From positions 1 to 64,000 of the forward strand of contig JBDOQK010000073.1 of NCBI GenBank assembly GCA_040437565.1: DNA of 64,000 bases, given 5' to 3'. Source of the stretch: Albugo candida (lineage: Eukaryota). A model generated the notes under the pieces. It was not told the origin of the DNA and made no database searches. It saw nothing but the letters and a program-made list of their open reading frames with translations. Of this stretch, positions 58,598 through 64,000 are shown in pieces (position 1 is the stretch's first letter; every line of letters starts with the position of its first letter). A program made the translations under genes and the position numbers.

Positions 58598-61500
58598 GAC
58601 TTCGGTTTGGAGTTTGCTGAAATGAGACTTCTACTCCAATAAATCAGAAAGGTTCGGTTCACAACGAGAGGGATGTCCACCTAGAAGTTCCACAATAAAA
58701 GCACGATCGTGTTGTCTATCGTAACTCGCAACCAATAGAATAGAGGATCACTATGCGCCTGGCAACGTCTCCATTCTTTATTATTGATAAGGGAATTTGC
58801 CTGCATGATTTTTTTTATTCGAATGTTATGAGACAAAACCTATCTGTTATCATGGTGAATAGAAAACAGAATTTGAAAGTACCAATTCCTAGCTGGTACG
58901 GTTTGTACGCGTATTGAAGATAGAAGACAGGCGATGGAATAAAACGGAGTGGAACACGAACGTTATTCGATGCTTGTTGCTTTTGTAGGTCCTCAGGAGA
59001 AATCAACACAAGATGACCTGCTGTAACACCTGATTGATCTAGAGGGTGGAAATAAGTTACATGTATGTACGAAGCGTTTTCGTTAGGACCAAGTCCACTC
59101 CGTGTTTGACTCAAAGCGCCTGATAGGTGAGAGAACGCAGTGCTGTTTCACTACTTTCCTCATAATCAGCAATTCCATCTTATTTGTAATCTCAATGTAT
59201 ATAGTTTGTGGTAATTGCCTGCGAGAAACACAGACCTCCTAGCAACTTTCAGGTTGATCGCCCAATGTTTGTCCATGATCATCTGCCACACTGACCACTC
59301 TCTCATGATTAGAGCAATAAAGTGCGTACGAGATGGGTTCTCTTCATTAGGCCGACAAAATAACTGCTTTCAAAACTATTGTCGACCAGTATGCAAATAA
59401 GACCCGTAGTGAGCATTGGAATACGTAAATCTAGCTTTTGGACATCTTTTATATAGCACTGTAATCCACCGCTCGTTTGACCTTATTGAAGCGCTAATCT
59501 CGTTTTGATCTGATTTCTCCCTCTCGCAGATTTGCTCACTGAATATTGGAGCTGCTTGCTTGTGTTATGCTTGTATAGTTTCCTCGACCCGTGCACTTTA
59601 GTAGGCGACATGCAACGCCTAAGAGGAGCAATTTAATAACACGTCGTGTGTAGAAGGCAGCATGCCCGAGTAAATCGAAGGTCGATCGAGAAGTAAAGAT
59701 TGCGGTCGGCTAGAAAGAAACGGCTGTAAGTTCATCGTGCACCAAACAAAGTCTGATGTTTACGGAATGACGTCTACGTACAAGCTGCAGTGTTTCTTAG
59801 TTTTGCAAGGGTTTGGCTGGTTTGAGTAGTCAAAACATGCATAGAATCATATTATCTGGCTGTCGATACAGAAATGGAGCATTCAGAATTTGATTACAGG
59901 ATCATCCTACCCAAAAATATGCCAAGTTCTGATCTGAGTCGAAGGCTGAAGTCACCAACTTCTTTTTCTGTCCTTCTTGAAGTATTACCATATAGCACCC
60001 TTTTCGAATCCATTGATGTACAGCAGGGTTCTCAGTACTGCTCTGTATAGGAGTTCGGCGCTACCGAAGGTCTTAATTACACCCCTTACAGAATGAGGGA
60101 ATAAATTCTAGAACTTCAAGAAGGGGACCGATTGCTAGTGGAAAGTGTGCATAAACACAGTATACCAAAAGGTGTGTATTCAATTACAACAAGAGCAGAA
60201 AGACACTCTACAATCAGCAGTGGAAAGAGGAACGAAATGAGGTTGCTTCAATAATATGAGACTGGCATATCATAAACTATTTGACAGCAAGTAATCGAGA
60301 ATGGCTAGCGTCAGTATATAGTTGTACTCTACGGCGATGACATCTTGATACATTCGAAGAGTACTGCCGCAACCTTTGGGTGGTGTTCATCAAACCCAAT
60401 GTGGTATCTCAACACGTAATATGAATATACGATGAGTGTATTGGAAGTGGACTGCATGCCTCCTGCAGTAAATATCCACGAAATCTTTCGTATTTCAAAA
60501 AGTCATATAAATGGTAATACGGCCGAGGCAAAGGATGGTGTTCAATTGATCAGCTCATCATCCATTCTGCTGAATGAAGGGGAGACAAGTGGAAATGCAA
60601 AAGTTAGAGTTCAAAAGACATACAAAGCGCTCTCGAGAAAGACTCGCAAAGATCTTCATTCACGTTTATATGGAATATGAGCTGTTTGGGAGATCGCGTT
60701 GATACATTACGAGCTCATCAATCTCGAGTTCGTTTTGTTAAGGCTTTATTCCCTGCTTCCAACTGCACAGCAACTTCCGCTCCAGCTCCAATTGTACCAA
60801 CCATTCTTCTAGACCCGTTTGAACGATACAGGGGGGGGTTCATGACGTCATCATTAAATAGAACTCGTTGCAAACTCTGACTGAAGTATATGCCGACCCA
60901 AATTTTGCGCTGCATCACCTTGGATGTCTGGGGATCCGAAGGCATAAGGCCAGATGATGCAAGCAGAATTCACGCACTAGTTTAATTGCGATATGTGTCA
61001 AACAATTTACGCTGCCGATCTGGATATGAAATTGGTAATGGAAGCACCGATCCGCACAAGAGGAGCATGTAATGCCCATATCAGGCTGTGCATGCAGTGA
61101 ACATTTCAAAACAAACACACCGCCAGGACCACATAGGGAGCAAATGAAGGATTACGAACAGTAATCATTGTGAGATGCTTGGTTGCACTGACCGGTAAGG
61201 AAGAGCATGAATTCTGACATATTGAAAAATGAAGATATCGCAAGGATAGGCACGACGAAATGAAGATAGGGAACACATCTCTATTCTGGACCAGCTTTGA
61301 GGAATATACAAGAAGCATGAGAGCGCAGTAATTGTCTCAATGTGGCTAGATCATACACTGTGTGATCATTATTTGACTGATACACAATTCAATACAGAGG
61401 TACGCACCATTAGCTCAAATGTAGACGCGCGACGCGATGCCTTCATCACGTTCGCTATAGGTCATGAGCAATGGAGAATAAAAAATACTTTTTGTTTGGT

Positions 61501-64000
61501 AAAATGCGTCATCCGACTAGTTGGTCGCAATTCAAAGCATATCTCTCTATCTCCCTGATGGTCTAGCTTAAGTAGCTACATCAAAGACTCAGAACAAACG
61601 AGAGTTGTAGAGTCATGTTGTTTTGTAACTTGTACTGAGTATGATTGTATAGATCGTTAACAAATGCATCCCCATATGAAGGAATCCAAATTCGAATGCT
61701 CACCCACGGGTGTTGAACTACCCCGCAACAGAAGTGCGCTGAGCTCTATTCCACTCAATGTTTCAATTGAAAATATGTCGAACACGTATCGATCACAATA
61801 TGGGGTTAATGGGTATTTCGAAAGAATGCTATGTCTGTTTATTTGATTACTTTTACACTATCAAGCCAGCTCAGTCGTGATGTTTGTGAAGTGGTGCATG
61901 ACTCTGGTGATGAAAATCATTAGTGATAAACTGTTATGCCCGCCCTGTTCTCATAGACTTAGAGAGCTGAGCATTAGATGACGACTCGCACCCTACTAAG
62001 TCCTATCATGCTCAAATTCCCATGACATATGGTGAGGACACAGTCGTGTTTGTACATCGACAAAGCTTCAAAAACAAAAACAGATTGACGCACATTTTTA
62101 AGTGAGGCGATATAACGAGCTCGACATTTTGGTCTCTGAGGATTGTGTTTTAAGCGAGCTTGCTAATAGTTGATCGACATGACATTTTCTGAATCGATCT
62201 GAGCATCAGAATTGGCCATTTTATCTGTTTCAACAGAATCAATATGGTTATAAACTACTAGTGATTGCCTTGGTACACAACATTGCGTTCGATACTACGC
62301 GTTAGATGCATGCTGCATGGAGATCGTCTTGGTGGTCTGTTTCGAAGACATATGACGGGGACTGACGTCAAAAATTGATGCTCCATTTGTTTTTTAGCTT
62401 GTATTTGATCACCTTATCGTAAAACGACCATCGTAGTGTGTAGTTATCACTTCTACAACAGCATTTTATGCGCACTTCGCATCAGGTGAGCTTGAATGTC
62501 TGCTTATAGAGACTTGGGCCCAAATCTCCATCTGCAGGATCTGCTGTCTCTCATAACTGAGCCAAAGCGAGGACCTATAATGAAGACGGCGTGCAAGTGA
62601 GTGTGTACAGCCCTTCGTCGTCACTTTTAAGATGGAATCTTGTACTTCATTGGCCGATTCTATCATCCTGAACAGTTTGCCATTAGAGTGGCGAGCATCT
62701 TCATGTGTGCTTTGCCATACGCTTTCGTTGAAATTTCTAATGGATGTAATGTAAACTTAAAGAGCAAGAATCAAGCGCTCAAGTCGTTGAATTGTACGTT
62801 GGAGATCGTAAACCCTCCGTTCTTCACAGATTCAGCCTTGAATCAGAGCCTTGCGGGTGAAATAATGGTCCGAATCCGTCAACATCAGGCTTGAACTCAA
62901 GCAATAAGTGGTATTCCACCGCGAATTGGAATCCATTTTTGTCACTTCAAAAGGGGTCGATTGCTCGATATGATTATAAGATACCATAAGCATATCCATT
63001 TTGACCATGTCGGCACCGACGAACATGGTATTTAAGTGTGCTTTTTTGCTGTAGAGTCATCCAGATGTTCATAATTCAGGGCCTCCTCGAGAATCGATGC
63101 CTCGACGTTCCAATGCGGTCAAAAATATCAAGTAGGCGCTCTTTTGATAATTGGTATGGCCATATTACAGAGCAGGTGTATGTGCTCCTCGGCGCAGCAA
63201 CGGTTCACGAACGCTTAATTATTGACTTCCCTTTTCCGCGAATGCATGCACTTTGCATGTATGTCGATCAAACAAATCGATTGGTCGAGATTCGTTTGCA
63301 TGTACTGTGCTATTTTGTAAATGCCGATAAGAAGTTGCTCAACATGGAGAAGAAGTACTAGTAGCTCGACTATCGATGTAAAATGCTTCGATACTTCAGT
63401 TATATATGAAGTACGTATCACCTAAAATGACTCAAATCACAATAAACCAAGGCTAGTAGCGTATAACGTAAGATATATTACTAAAAGAGGGATACCTGTA
63501 AACATTACAGAATAGATAAGTACCGAAATAGCAAAATAACCTGCATTAATTACAATTAGGTACTGCAACTCGACCAAGAAGAGCTAAATACATGATGACG
63601 TAATTAAGGTCATCAAACATCCAGGACTTCGCAGTATCCATGATGACGTAATGAGGTCATCAAATCCAGCATCTTCGCATTGTACCTATAATGACGTAAT
63701 GAGTTCACGGACGAATGCGTCGAGTGCTTGCTTTCCAATTGCATGCGCTGTCCTGCTAGCTCTGCTGACTGTCGAGTTCTTTTTGCATCCGATCCAATTG
63801 CATTTGCAGTATGTGATTGTTGTANNNNNNNNNNNNNNNNNNNNNNNNNNNNNNNNNNNNNNNNNNNNNNNNNNNNNNNNNNNNNNNNNNNNNNNNNNNN
63901 NNNNNNNNNNNNNNNNNNNNNNNNTGAATCAGAGCCTTGCGGGTGAAATAATGGTCCGAATCCGTCAACATCAGGCTTGAACTCAAGCAATAAGTGGTAT

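Noticed and set aside
60915-61318. Possible Albugo CHxC/CCG effector (signal-like stretch, CSSC)
   Set aside because: The pieces lie in different frames with stops, and the CxxCx5G spacing is not met.
63038-63361. FDNWYG resembling the piggyBac DNWY motif
   Set aside because: It is a single short match without other DDD-transposase motifs or TTAA/TIRs.

Overview
Eukaryotic genomic DNA, almost certainly an oomycete. The compact gene spacing, ~45-65 nt GT-AG introns, Inr/FPR-type core promoters and gene content suggest a biotroph such as Albugo; the genus is inferred. About 2.7-53.1 kb is gene-dense. After a tRNA-Asn it holds an ET-domain/C2H2 factor, a PH protein, RPS13, kanadaptin, PGM2, a TPR protein, a ~5,000-aa Cys-repeat type-I membrane protein, a bHLH-PAS factor, BolA, L2HGDH, CENP-E, an OFCC1-like protein, a PDR/ABCG transporter, CNOT11, a secreted pepsin-fold protein, a neutral sphingomyelinase-like enzyme, a GGC1-like carrier and an EMAP-II-like protein. 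About 53.2-64 kb is gene-sparse, with a gap-truncated kinesin 5' end and a small secreted-peptide candidate. Most 100-N gaps are flanked by direct duplications (unmerged contig overlaps) that falsely split several ORFs. The best leads are (1) a secreted aspartic-protease-fold protein with both DTG motifs degenerate, a candidate pseudo-enzyme effector; (2) a structured, AG-free RPS13 intron that may be an autoregulatory element or snoRNA; and (3) the giant Cys-repeat surface protein. All homology calls come from motif recognition, not database searches.
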